NCBI GenBank assembly: GCA_050485305.1
Contig: JBJHBD010000001.1
Location: forward strand, 7,681 to 71,680
From: Gemmatimonadota bacterium
Lineage (GTDB): Bacteria; Gemmatimonadota; Gemmatimonadetes; Longimicrobiales; Gaopeijiaceae
Reading direction: 5' to 3'
DNA length: 64,000 nt
Shown here: in pieces, positions 20,205 through 29,448 of the stretch
Layout of the letters: each line of letters begins with the position of its first letter
Position numbering within the stretch: the stretch's first letter is position 1
Program-made: the position numbers and the translations under genes
The notes under the pieces: generated by a model
Seen by the model: the letters and a program-made list of their open reading frames with translations, nothing else
The model's database searches: none
What the model was told of the DNA's origin: nothing

Positions 20205-20578
20205 CCACCACCCGGGGGTGGAGGGAGCGGTACCCTGAGCAGGTGACCTGTGTCCGGTGCCTGGAGGTGAAGCCGGTGGCCGAGATGGACCGGCTCCTCT
20301 GGTGCCGGGAGTGTCTGGACGCCGCCCAGAACCGGGCCAGGGTTCGAGGGTGGCTGGGTGGGGGGGCGTTGGGTCTCCTCGTGGCCGCCTACATCTGGCT
20401 CGTGATCCGTCCCGACCCCGACCTCATCCCGGCCCTCTGGGTAGCGGTGGTGGTGGTGGCGGTGTACCTGGGGTCCAGGGTCTTCCGGGAGCTGGCCTTC
20501 GGGTGGGAGCGCCTCGGGAACCGGAGGGCGGTGGACGCGCGCCCACCGACCGACCCATCCGATCCCCCACTTCCCTGA
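20201..20578 (+). CDS. small membrane protein with N-terminal CxxC...CxxC zinc-ribbon-like motif
   Basis: The GTG start overlaps the upstream stop. It has CVRC...CREC followed by two hydrophobic helices, and its stop overlaps the next gene's ATG. Confidence 0.5.
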   Translation: MTTTRGWRERYPEQVTCVRCLEVKPVAEMDRLLWCRECLDAAQNRARVRGWLGGGALGLLVAAYIWLVIRPDPDLIPALWVAVVVVAVYLGSRVFRELAFGWERLGNRRAVDARPPTDPSDPPLP

Positions 20579-21807
20579 TGGCCCGACCGGGACCCGATGC
20601 CACCCTCCTCCCCCTCGCCGGCCTTCGGGTGGTGGAGGTGGCCGAGAACCTGGCCGGTCCCTGGGCCGCCCGGATCCTTGCGGACATGGGCGCCGACGTG
20701 GTGAAGGTGGAGCGCCCCGCCCCAGGCGACCCCTCCCGGCAGTGGGGTCCACCCTTCGTGGCGGGCGACAGCACCCTCTTCGCCTTCGCCAACGCGGGGA
20801 AGCGGTCGGTGGCGCTGGACCTTCGCGACTCCGCGGACCGAACGGTGCTGGACGGGCTCATCGCGCAGGCCGACGTCCTCATCCAGGCCCTTCGCCCCGG
20901 CGCTTTCGAAGCGCTGGGGTACGGGTGGCCACGCCTCCGGGAGGGGAACCCCCGTCTCATCTTCGCCTCGGTGCTGGCCTACGGCGCCGAAGGCCCCCTC
21001 TCCCACCTCCCCGGCTACGACCCCCTCATGCAGGCCCAGTCGGGGATCATGTCGGTGACGGGCCCCGCCGGGGGCGAACCGGCGCGGGTGGGGACCTCCA
21101 TCGTGGATCTGGCCACCGGAATGTGGCTGGCCATCGGGATCCTGGCCGCCCTCCGGCAGCGGGACCAGACGGGGGAGGGACGGGAGGTGAGCGCCGCCCT
21201 CTTCGACACCGCCCTTTCCTGGAGCGGGTACCACCTCCTGGGGGTCCACTCCGAAGGCCACATTCCCGTGCCCATGGGTACCGAGATGGGGATGATCGCC
21301 CCCTACGGCGCCTTCCCCACGGAGGACGGCCCCCTCATGGTGGCGGCGGGGAACGACGCCCTCTTCCGGCGGCTGGTGGAGGCGCTGGAGCTCTCCCATC
21401 TGGCCGCGGACCCGGACTTCGCCGACAACGCCCGGCGGGTGGCCCACCGGGAACGGCTCACCGAACTGCTGGCGGAGCGCACTCGGCGCCTTTCCCGCGA
21501 CGCGCTCCTGGCCCGCCTCCGGGAAGCCGGCGTCCCCGCCGCCCCCATTCAGGACATGGGTGAGGTGGTCCGCGACCCCCAGACCCGGGCCTCCGGGATG
21601 CTGGGCGCACTCCCCGACCCCCCGATCCTGCCCTCGGGCGGCGGGAGCGGTTATCCTATTACGGCCCTTCCCCTGCGCTGGGAGGGAGCCCGCTTCACCC
21701 CGGGGGGACCCCACCCCCGACACGACGCCCATGGCCCGGAGCTCCGCGGCGGCGAGGGACGCCGAGTCCACCCCGCACGGGGCCCGTTCCGGGACCCATC
21801 CTCCTGA
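20578..21807 (+). CDS. family III CoA-transferase (CaiB/BaiF type)
   Basis: ATG at 20578. Motifs seen are LAGLRVVEVAENLAGPWAARILADMGADVVKVERP and the catalytic-Asp region VGTSIVDLATGM. Confidence 0.88.
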   Translation: MARPGPDATLLPLAGLRVVEVAENLAGPWAARILADMGADVVKVERPAPGDPSRQWGPPFVAGDSTLFAFANAGKRSVALDLRDSADRTVLDGLIAQADVLIQALRPGAFEALGYGWPRLREGNPRLIFASVLAYGAEGPLSHLPGYDPLMQAQSGIMSVTGPAGGEPARVGTSIVDLATGMWLAIGILAALRQRDQTGEGREVSAALFDTALSWSGYHLLGVHSEGHIPVPMGTEMGMIAPYGAFPTEDGPLMVAAGNDALFRRLVEALELSHLAADPDFADNARRVAHRERLTELLAERTRRLSRDALLARLREAGVPAAPIQDMGEVVRDPQTRASGMLGALPDPPILPSGGGSGYPITALPLRWEGARFTPGGPHPRHDAHGPELRGGEGRRVHPARGPFRDPSS

Positions 21808-21827
21808 ACTCCAGCACCGAACCCAGC

Positions 21828-23012
21828 ATGGCCGCCAGCTTCCAGGGAGTGGATTTCTACAACCTCGACGCGTCTCTCTCCGAAGAGGAGCGGATGGTGC
21901 GTGACACCGTTCGTGAGTGGGTGGAAGACCGCGTGCTCCCCCTCATTCAGGAGGCGTACATCGAGCGGCGTTTTCCCCGGGAACTCATTCCCGAACTGGG
22001 AGAGCTGGGGGTGCTGGGGGCGAACCTGCCCGAGGAGTACGGGTGCGCCGGGCTGAACAACGTGGCGTACGGTCTCATCAACCAGGAGCTGGAGCGGGGG
22101 GACTCGGGGCTGCGGTCCTTCTCGTCGGTGCAGGGGGCGCTGGTCATGTACCCCATCTACGCCTTCGGGAGCGAGGAGCACCGGCGGGAGTGGCTCCCGA
22201 AGCTGGCCTCCGGCGAGAAGATCGGGTGCTTCGGCCTCACCGAGCCGGACTACGGCTCCAACCCGGGGGGGATGCTTACCACCGCCCGGAAGGTGGATGG
22301 AGGGTGGGTGTTGAACGGCACCAAGATGTGGATCACCAACGGGTCCATGTCCGATGTGGCCGTCATCTGGGCCCAGACCGGCGAGATCGGCGACACGAAG
22401 GGGATCCGGGGGTTCGTGGTTCCCACCGACACCCGGGGGTTTACCGCCCGGGACCAGAAGGGGAAGCTGTCGCTCCTGGCCTCCGACACCAGTGAGCTCC
22501 ACCTGGAAGATGTGGAGGTCCCCGACTCGGCCCTCATGCCGGGCTCGGGAGGGCTCAAGAGCCCCCTCATGTGCCTCACCCAGGCCCGGTACGGGATTGC
22601 CTGGGGAGCCATCGGCGCCGCCATGGCCTGCTACCACGAGTCGGTGGAGTACGCCAAGGAGCGGGTCATGTTCGATGGGGTCATCGGCGGAAAGCAGATT
22701 CAGCAGGTGCGGCTGGCCGAGATGCTCACCCAGATCACCCAGGCCCAGCTCGTGGCCCTCCACCTCGGGCGGCTGAAGGACTCCGGGACCATGACCCCCC
22801 AGCAGGTTTCCCTGGCCAAGCGTGCCAATGTGAACATGGCCTGCGAGATCGCCCGGGAGGCGCGCCGTCTCCTGGGGGGGAACGGGATCCTGGTGGAGTA
22901 CTCGGCCATGCGCCACATGGCGAACCTGGAGTCGGTGTACACCTACGAGGGGACCCACGACATCCACGCCCTCATCCTGGGGCAGGAGATCACCGGGATC
23001 GCGGCGTACTGA
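21828..23012 (+). CDS. gcdH: glutaryl-CoA dehydrogenase (acyl-CoA dehydrogenase family)
   Basis: 394 aa. Segments CFGLTEPDYGSNPGGM, WITNGSMSDVAVIWA and YTYEGTHDIHALILGQEITG are typical of GCDH. Confidence 0.9.
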   Translation: MAASFQGVDFYNLDASLSEEERMVRDTVREWVEDRVLPLIQEAYIERRFPRELIPELGELGVLGANLPEEYGCAGLNNVAYGLINQELERGDSGLRSFSSVQGALVMYPIYAFGSEEHRREWLPKLASGEKIGCFGLTEPDYGSNPGGMLTTARKVDGGWVLNGTKMWITNGSMSDVAVIWAQTGEIGDTKGIRGFVVPTDTRGFTARDQKGKLSLLASDTSELHLEDVEVPDSALMPGSGGLKSPLMCLTQARYGIAWGAIGAAMACYHESVEYAKERVMFDGVIGGKQIQQVRLAEMLTQITQAQLVALHLGRLKDSGTMTPQQVSLAKRANVNMACEIAREARRLLGGNGILVEYSAMRHMANLESVYTYEGTHDIHALILGQEITGIAAY

Positions 23013-23038
23013 CGAGGGGAGAGGAGGCGCCCGGTCGA

Positions 23039-23332
23039 ATGTCCCGCTCGCTTCGCGACGAGGAGCCCTTCGCCACCCTCCGGGCCCACCCCCGGCGGTT
23101 CGGGTGGGGGATCCCGGCGGTGTTCGCCCTCTCGCTGGGGGCGGCCTTCCCCTTCGCCACGTCGAACCTCTCGCTGGCCATTGCCCTGCAGCTCGGGATC
23201 CAGACGGTGGGGCTCATCTGGCTCTACCTCCCGCCGGCCCGGGCCCGATGGCGGGTGGGGGCGCCCCCCGGGGTGCCGGGTGACGGCGTGACCCCCCCGG
23301 CGCCCGCCCCCGAGAACCCACACGAGGGTTGA
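23039..23332 (+). CDS. hypothetical small membrane protein
   Basis: 97-aa ORF starting at an internal ATG, with two hydrophobic segments. Coding status is uncertain. Confidence 0.4.
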   Translation: MSRSLRDEEPFATLRAHPRRFGWGIPAVFALSLGAAFPFATSNLSLAIALQLGIQTVGLIWLYLPPARARWRVGAPPGVPGDGVTPPAPAPENPHEG

Positions 23333-23384
23333 CCCCTCGACGCCACGACGTAACTTTAGCGGCTCCGGAAGTCATTCCGGCTCC

Positions 23385-23457
23385 GCGCCGCTAGCTCAAT
23401 TGGCAGAGCAACTGGCTCTTAACCAGTAGGTTCTAGGTTCGATTCCTAGGCGGCGCA
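23385..23457 (+). tRNA. tRNA-Lys (anticodon CTT)
   Basis: Cloverleaf folded by hand: acceptor GCGCCGC/GCGGCGC, anticodon arm ACTGG-CTCTTAA-CCAGT, T-arm with GGTTCGATTCC. CCA is not encoded. Confidence 0.93.
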
Positions 23458-23480
23458 CTCCCCAGGACGACCACGAAAGA

Positions 23481-23514
23481 GGGCTCCCCCGCCGCCGCGG
23501 GAGGAGCCCTTTTC
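23481..23514 (+). terminator. intrinsic terminator after tRNA-Lys
   Basis: GGGCTCCCCCGC-CGCC-GCGGGAGGAGCCC (12 bp with one bulge) followed by TTTT. Confidence 0.7.
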
Positions 23515-23535
23515 TCGGGAAGATGGGAGAGCACG

Positions 23536-24135
23536 ATGGCCACACCCTCCAATCGGGAGACTCCCCCCGCCGGAGTTCCCGGTCCCGGTGTCCCTCCGGT
23601 CGCCGGTACCCCTCCGGTCGCCGGTACCCCTCCGGCCGGGACCCCCTCCGGGGCGGAAGAACTCCCCCCGGGGTACATGCTGGTGGCCACCGAGGCGCGC
23701 ATCGAGCTCTTCCTCCTCCGGCTGGGGGTGGGCGGGGTCTTCTTCCTTCAGGGGGTGCAGCGCTTCCTCTTCCCGGGTGCGAAGGGGAGCGGGCTCTTCG
23801 CCGAGAACGGCATCCCCTTCCCGGATTTCGCCGCGCTCATGGTAGGGAGCTTCGAGGCGGTCTGCGGGGCCCTCCTCCTCCTGGGGCTGGGGGTGCGCGT
23901 CGCCGCCTTCCCCCTCCTCTCCCTGGTGCTCCTCATCCTCGTTCGCCTCCGCCTCCCTCTACTGGGCGAGGTGGGGGGATGGGGGTTCCTCCATGCCATC
24001 CGTCTGGATCTGGTGCTGGCCCTGGGCGCCATCGCCCTCCTCGTGGGGGGAGGAGGGCGATGGTCGCTGGACCTGCGGTTCTGGAACGAGGCGAGCCGGG
24101 CCGATCAGGGCCAGGGGAGCGGTACCACCGGGTAG
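23536..24135 (+). CDS. DoxX-family membrane protein with Pro-rich N-terminal repeat
   Basis: 199 aa, with four hydrophobic helices that look DoxX-like. The N-terminal 45 residues are a P/G/T-rich repeat, and the true start could be the internal ATG (MLVAT...). Confidence 0.7.
   Translation: MATPSNRETPPAGVPGPGVPPVAGTPPVAGTPPAGTPSGAEELPPGYMLVATEARIELFLLRLGVGGVFFLQGVQRFLFPGAKGSGLFAENGIPFPDFAALMVGSFEAVCGALLLLGLGVRVAAFPLLSLVLLILVRLRLPLLGEVGGWGFLHAIRLDLVLALGAIALLVGGGGRWSLDLRFWNEASRADQGQGSGTTG
23593..23640 (+). repeat. 18-bp tandem repeat (about 2.4 copies) inside the DoxX N-terminus
   Basis: CCTCCGGTCGCCGGTACC is repeated perfectly twice, followed by a partial copy. It encodes PPVAGT units. Confidence 0.85.
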
Positions 24136-26540
24136 CGGGGACGGGCTGAGCGGTCATCTTCCCCGGCTTCGAAGGCCCGGATCTCGCGCGCGGCCTGCGC
24201 CCGGAGCGCCCGGTCCTCATCGCTCCCACCGGTGCGCCCTTCGAGGCGAGCCCCCAGCGCCGTCAGGTGATGGGCGGCCAGCGCCCGCACCTCCGAGGTG
24301 GCGCGGCCGTCGCCGGCCAGATCCAGGAGCCCGTTCAGCACCACGCGCTGCACCACCCGCCGAAGGGCCTGGTGCTCCCGGTTTCCGGAAGGCTGGGCCT
24401 CCCAGCTGACCTGCATGAGCCCCTCGATGACCTCGGAAAGCCCCGGATTGTTGCTGTCCCGGGCATGAAAGAGAACGAGGCGCTGGGCCCGCTGGGGGTG
24501 GAGGAGGTTCTCCACCACCTCGGTGGCCAGCCCCCCGGCCAGGATGTGGGCGTCGAAGGCCGACCCGGCGGCGGTGGGGAGCCAGATCTCCGATCCGTCG
24601 GTTCCCGGGGGCGACGGGGGAATGAGGTCGGCAATGCGGGGGGGGATGGCGAGGGCCTGGGGCTCGATGGCCGCCAGCGCCATGCGGAGTCCGCGGCGCT
24701 GGTCGGCGGCGGGGAGAATCTGTGCCGGCGTCTGCCCATCTCCCCGGAAGGTGTAGGTGAAGTCCATTCCCCCGACGTACTTGATGACCCCTTCCAGAGA
24801 GTAGCGGTGCCCCAGATAGACGTGGGCGAAGCGCATGTTCAGCATGGACATGGGCTCGCCGGGCCGGATGGCGCGCTCATCGAAGGCTTCCATGGCCACC
24901 TGCCGGACCCCGGCGGTGCGCTCCAGCGCCTCGAACATGGTGCTCCCCTCCACCCACTGGGTGGCCTCGGGGATGGACCCGGCGGCGGAGGCGTGCCCTC
25001 CGGTGATGTAGCGGATTCCGGCGTCGATCCCATCCTGCATGATCTGCCGGAGCCCTTCCCGCTCCGACTCCTCGTCGGGGAACCAGGTGTAGGCCCAGCG
25101 GATGGCCAGGGAATCCCAGGCACCCCCTGAGTTCCGGTAGGCTTCGGTGAGGTCGAGGCGCCCCCGGTCATCCACCGAGACGAGGGGGAAGGGGTAGTCC
25201 ATGACGGTGGAGCGTCCCTGGGACTGACCGATGAAGTTGTGCTGGATCCCCAGGGTGTGGCCGATCTCGTGGGCGGTGTGCTGGCGGCGCCGCGCCATGG
25301 TGAAGGCCTCGGCGTCCACATTGAGTCCCTGGTCCCCGGCGGCAGGGAGGAGCCCCGCCCAGATGTTGTAGTCCACAAGGGAGCGGTGCGAGTCCATCCG
25401 GACCACGGTGGAGAGGATCTCCCCGGTGCGGGGATCCCGGTACGACGGGCCCACCGACGGCCCCGGGTCCACCCGGTTCACCAGGTAGATCATGGGGTAC
25501 CGGATGTCCATGGCGTTCGCCCCCTCGGGGAGCATCTCGATGCGGAAGGCGTTTCGGAAGCCGGCGGCTTCGAAGATCCCGTTCCACCACATTCCTCCTT
25601 CCAGATAGGCGGTGCGGTAGGGCTCGGGGAGGCCCGGGTCCAGGTAGTAGACGATGGGCTCTTCCGGCTCCACCAACTCGCCTCGCAGGTAGGCGTCCCG
25701 ATCCCGGGGGATGAGGCGCCAGCGAGAGGCGTAGCTCTCGCGGTACGTACCGTCGATCCCCTGCCCGTAGTCCAGGAATGCGGTCCCGAAGATCCCGGCG
25801 CGCCCGTCCAGGATGCGGGGGCGGAACCCGGTGTCGGCAGGGAGGGCCATGATGGAGTGCTGCTGCTCCAGGGTGACCGCGCCTCCGTCGGGGGCGGCGC
25901 GCCGGAGGTCGGGGCCGGGCTGGTCGGTGACGTAGGTGAGAACCGAGCGGATCTCCACATTCCGGGGGAAGGCTCCCGTGTTTTCGGCGGCGATCCAGCT
26001 CCGGTCCCGATCGATCCGGAGGCTCCCCTGACCGGCCCCCCGCACCCGCCCGATGACGTCGTACACGTCGGAGTAGAACCAGGCCGAGGCGTCCACCGTT
26101 ATGGTTCCCCCCTCTTCCGAGTCGATGGCGAAGGACTGGATCACCGAGGTGGGGAACGACTCACGAGCCGCCTGCCGCAGCGCCTCATCGCCCCCGAGGG
26201 CCCGAACGCTCCAGTTGTCCTGCACCACCAGGATCCGGTTCCCCCGCCGCTCCAGCCGGATCACCGAGGAGCTCCCCGTCTGCCCCCGGTCCAGCCCCAA
26301 CCGGTTTACACCCATCCCGGTGGCCAGGGTGTTGAAGTAGAGGAGGTCGGTGCCCAGCCGCGCCTCGGGGATCTCCAGGTAGAGGCGGTTCCGCTCCTCG
26401 TCGATGCGGACCCCCAGGAGAGGGGTTTCCTGCGCCGTGAGGGCGGTGGCGACGGCGGCCCCGAAGGGCGCCGCGAAGAACGCCGTGAGGGCCAGGACGA
26501 AGGCGAAACGGAGGGGCGAGGGGGGGCGCATCGGGGTCAT
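24105..26540 (-). CDS. secreted zinc-dependent metalloprotease (large DUF4953/DUF5117-type family)
   Basis: 811 aa with a signal peptide and the zinc motif HEIGHTLGIQHNF. Its 3' end overlaps the convergent DoxX gene by 31 nt. Confidence 0.85.
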   Translation of the reverse strand: MTPMRPPSPLRFAFVLALTAFFAAPFGAAVATALTAQETPLLGVRIDEERNRLYLEIPEARLGTDLLYFNTLATGMGVNRLGLDRGQTGSSSVIRLERRGNRILVVQDNWSVRALGGDEALRQAARESFPTSVIQSFAIDSEEGGTITVDASAWFYSDVYDVIGRVRGAGQGSLRIDRDRSWIAAENTGAFPRNVEIRSVLTYVTDQPGPDLRRAAPDGGAVTLEQQHSIMALPADTGFRPRILDGRAGIFGTAFLDYGQGIDGTYRESYASRWRLIPRDRDAYLRGELVEPEEPIVYYLDPGLPEPYRTAYLEGGMWWNGIFEAAGFRNAFRIEMLPEGANAMDIRYPMIYLVNRVDPGPSVGPSYRDPRTGEILSTVVRMDSHRSLVDYNIWAGLLPAAGDQGLNVDAEAFTMARRRQHTAHEIGHTLGIQHNFIGQSQGRSTVMDYPFPLVSVDDRGRLDLTEAYRNSGGAWDSLAIRWAYTWFPDEESEREGLRQIMQDGIDAGIRYITGGHASAAGSIPEATQWVEGSTMFEALERTAGVRQVAMEAFDERAIRPGEPMSMLNMRFAHVYLGHRYSLEGVIKYVGGMDFTYTFRGDGQTPAQILPAADQRRGLRMALAAIEPQALAIPPRIADLIPPSPPGTDGSEIWLPTAAGSAFDAHILAGGLATEVVENLLHPQRAQRLVLFHARDSNNPGLSEVIEGLMQVSWEAQPSGNREHQALRRVVQRVVLNGLLDLAGDGRATSEVRALAAHHLTALGARLEGRTGGSDEDRALRAQAAREIRAFEAGEDDRSARPRYPVVPLPWP

Positions 26541-26622
26541 TACCGGGCGACTCCTTGGGATGGGTGAAGCGGAACGGGTAGGAACCGGGAGAGAATAGGA
26601 CTCCCAGTGCCGGGGGGCTACC

Positions 26623-28530
26623 TCATGAGCCCCGCAGCAGCCTCAGCCCGTTCACAACCACCAAGAGGGTGCTCCCCTCGTGGGCCACCACCGCCAGGGT
26701 AAGGGGCATTCCCACCGTGGTGGCCACCACCACGAGAAGGGCCATCCACCCCACGCTGAAATAGACGTTCTGCCGCACCACCCGCCGGGCCCGCCGTCCC
26801 AGGGTGAGGAGCCAGGGAATCCGGTCCACCTCGTCGCCCATGAGCACCACGTCGGCGGTCTCGATGGCCACATCGGTCCCCGCCGCCCCCATAGCCACAC
26901 CCAGGGTGGCTGTGGCCATGGCCGGCGCGTCGTTCACCCCGTCTCCTATCATGGCCACTCCGCCATGGCGCCGTCGCAGCTCTTCCACGGCGCGCACCTT
27001 CTCGTCGGGGAGCAGGCCGGCCCTCACCTCGTCGGCGCCCAGCTCCCGGGCGATGGTTTCCACCGCCTCGGGATGATCACCCGAGAGGATGGTGATGCTC
27101 CGAATCCCATCTTCCCGGAGCCGGCGGAGGGCCTGGGCGGCGCCGGGCTTGAGGGCATCGCCGAAGCTGAAGGCGGCGAGCACCCGAGGCCCCTCTCCCA
27201 GGAGGATGGCCGAGCGGCCCCGGGCACGCTGGTCCGCCAGCCAGCGGGTGGTGTCCGGGGAAATGGAGGCGCCCTCGTCGGTGGCGAGCCCCTCGTTCCC
27301 CATCCAGAGGGAGCGGCCCTCCACCTCGCCGGTGATCCCCCGCCCCGGAAGGGCGACGAAGGCGTTCGGGCCTGGGGGGGTGCCGGTGATGACCCCTTGG
27401 GCCCGCGCCGCCTCCACTACTGCCCGGGCCAGGTGGTGCTCCGATGGGAACTCCAGGACGGCCGCCAGCCGCAGGAGCTCTCCGGAGTCGGTGTCGGGCT
27501 CCAGGGCGAGCCGGTCAAGCAGCAGGGGGCGCCCCACCGTGAGGGTGCCTGTCTTGTCGAAAGCTACCGCGTCCACCGACCCCGCCAGATCCAGATAGGC
27601 CCCGCCCTTGAAGAGGACCCCTCGCCGGGCACCGTTGGCGATCCCCGAAAGAATGGCCGAGGGTGTGGAGATGACGAGGGCGCACGGGCTGGCCACCACC
27701 AGCACCGTCATGGCGCGGTAGACGGCATCGGCGGGGGCGAACCCGAAGGCCAGCCAGGTGACGAGGGCTGTGGCGGCGCTCCCCCCGAGGACCGCCAGGG
27801 TATAGGGGTGGGCGAAGCGGTCAATGAACTCCTGGGCCGGGGCCCGCTGCTCCCGGGCCTCTTCAACCAGGCGGACGATGCGGGCCAGCATGGTGTCGCC
27901 GGCGTGGCGGCGCACCTCCACCACCAGCGTCCCGCTCCCGTTGATGGTCCCGGCGAAGACCTCGTCCCCATCGGCCCGGGAGACGGGGACCGACTCTCCC
28001 GTGATGGCGGACTGATCCACCTCGCTCCGTCCCTCGGTCACCACCCCGTCGGCGGGGAGGCGCTCTCCCGGACGAACCCGCACCCGCTGACCCGGAACCA
28101 GGCGGTCCACCGGGATCCCCCCCACCTCGTTCCCATCATCGTCCAGGAGGGTGGCCTCTTCGGGGTGGAGCTTCATGAGGGCCCCGATGGCGTCCCGGGT
28201 GCGCCCCATGGCCAGCGCTTCCAGGGCGTTGGAGAGAGAGAAGAGGAAAATGAGGATGACCCCCTCCAGCGGCTGCCCCACGGAGGCCGCCCCGAGGGCC
28301 GCCGCCCCCATGAGGAAGTCGATGGAGAGCCGCCCTTCCTTCAGGGTCTCCAGCGTATCCCGGAGAATGGGGGCGCCTCCCACGAGATAGGCCACCCCCA
28401 GGGGGAGCCACCGCCAGGGGGAGGGGTCGGCGGGGAGCCATTCAAGGAGCGCCCCCGCCACCATGCCCACGGCCACCACACAGGTCACCGCCAGGTAGAG
28501 CCGGGCGGGGGAGAGGTTGGGGAGCTTCAT
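26623..28530 (-). CDS. heavy-metal P1B-type ATPase, P1B-4-like (Co/Zn/Cd type), no N-terminal metal-binding domain
   Basis: I used the ATG at 28528-28530 (MKLPNL...). Motifs seen are DKTGTLT, GDGVNDAPA, an SPC transmembrane motif (VVASPCALV) and HEGST in the last helix. Confidence 0.92.
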   Translation of the reverse strand: MKLPNLSPARLYLAVTCVVAVGMVAGALLEWLPADPSPWRWLPLGVAYLVGGAPILRDTLETLKEGRLSIDFLMGAAALGAASVGQPLEGVILIFLFSLSNALEALAMGRTRDAIGALMKLHPEEATLLDDDGNEVGGIPVDRLVPGQRVRVRPGERLPADGVVTEGRSEVDQSAITGESVPVSRADGDEVFAGTINGSGTLVVEVRRHAGDTMLARIVRLVEEAREQRAPAQEFIDRFAHPYTLAVLGGSAATALVTWLAFGFAPADAVYRAMTVLVVASPCALVISTPSAILSGIANGARRGVLFKGGAYLDLAGSVDAVAFDKTGTLTVGRPLLLDRLALEPDTDSGELLRLAAVLEFPSEHHLARAVVEAARAQGVITGTPPGPNAFVALPGRGITGEVEGRSLWMGNEGLATDEGASISPDTTRWLADQRARGRSAILLGEGPRVLAAFSFGDALKPGAAQALRRLREDGIRSITILSGDHPEAVETIARELGADEVRAGLLPDEKVRAVEELRRRHGGVAMIGDGVNDAPAMATATLGVAMGAAGTDVAIETADVVLMGDEVDRIPWLLTLGRRARRVVRQNVYFSVGWMALLVVVATTVGMPLTLAVVAHEGSTLLVVVNGLRLLRGS

Positions 28531-28665
28531 GGGGGAAGTATAGGTACAGGGCCGGACCCGGGAGGAGGGGGCGGTCACCTTCCGGAAACTGGCGGGTACG
28601 CCGGGAGCACCCCGCTCCCCCACCTCGAGCCGTGGGCCACCGTCCGCCGCCTACCCTGTCCCCCT

Positions 28666-29436
28666 ATGGCCTCGGCCCTCGTCATTACCACCACCCTCCT
28701 CTTCCCCTGGGTCACGGCCTGGTGGCTCCTGGCCCTTCTCCTGCGCCGGAACGACATCGCCGACATCGCCTGGGGGCTGGGCGGGGTCTATCTGGCGGGG
28801 TGGTTCGCCCTCGCCGGCGACCCTGACGCCGGCGCCTGGCTCGTCTACGGGCTCGTGGCGCTCTGGGGGCTCCGCCTCGCCCTCCACATCCTGGCCCGGA
28901 GCCGCGGCAGGAGCGAAGACTTCCGGTACGCGAAATGGCGAGAGGAGTGGGGGCGCTGGGGGTGGCTCCGCGCCTACGGACAGGTCTTCCTTCTCCAGGG
29001 CGCCATCTTCCTGGTGGTGGCGCTCCCGGTGCCGGTGGTGGCCTCGGCCGACGCCGTGGCCCTCGGGCCCCTCACCTGGGTGGGGGTGTTCCTCTTCGCC
29101 CTGGGCTTCTACTTCGAGGCCGTGGGCGACTTCCAGCTGCTCCGCTTCAAGTCCGACCCCGCCAACCGGGGCCGCCTCATGACTACCGGACTCTGGAGGT
29201 ACACCCGCCACCCCAACTACTTCGGCGAAGTCGTCCTCTGGTGGGGGATCGGGCTCGCCGCGCTGGGTACACCTCCGGGAGGATGGGTCCTCGTCTCGCC
29301 CCTCACCGTGACCCTCCTCCTCCTCTTCGTCTCCGGCATCCCCATGCTGGAGGCCAGGTACGAGGGGAGGCCCGAGTGGGAGGCGTACAAGGCGCGCACC
29401 AGCGCCTTCTTCCCCCTCCCGCCGCGGAAGGGGTAG
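28666..29436 (+). CDS. DUF1295 / steroid 5-alpha-reductase-like membrane protein
   Basis: Internal ATG at 28666. It is a multi-TM protein with the C-terminal signature GLWRYTRHPNYFGE. Confidence 0.85.
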   Translation: MASALVITTTLLFPWVTAWWLLALLLRRNDIADIAWGLGGVYLAGWFALAGDPDAGAWLVYGLVALWGLRLALHILARSRGRSEDFRYAKWREEWGRWGWLRAYGQVFLLQGAIFLVVALPVPVVASADAVALGPLTWVGVFLFALGFYFEAVGDFQLLRFKSDPANRGRLMTTGLWRYTRHPNYFGEVVLWWGIGLAALGTPPGGWVLVSPLTVTLLLLFVSGIPMLEARYEGRPEWEAYKARTSAFFPLPPRKG

Positions 29437-29448
29437 GGTCGGGCGGGC

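Noticed and set aside
21690-21807. Suspected frameshift in the C-terminus of the CoA-transferase (the tail looks atypical and Arg/Gly/Pro-rich)
   Set aside because: I translated the other two frames over this stretch, and neither gives a more family-like C-terminus. The annotated frame retains a P-x-P-R-x3-H-x2-EL pattern resembling the usual end of these enzymes. The question is unresolved without an alignment, so I do not call it a pseudogene.
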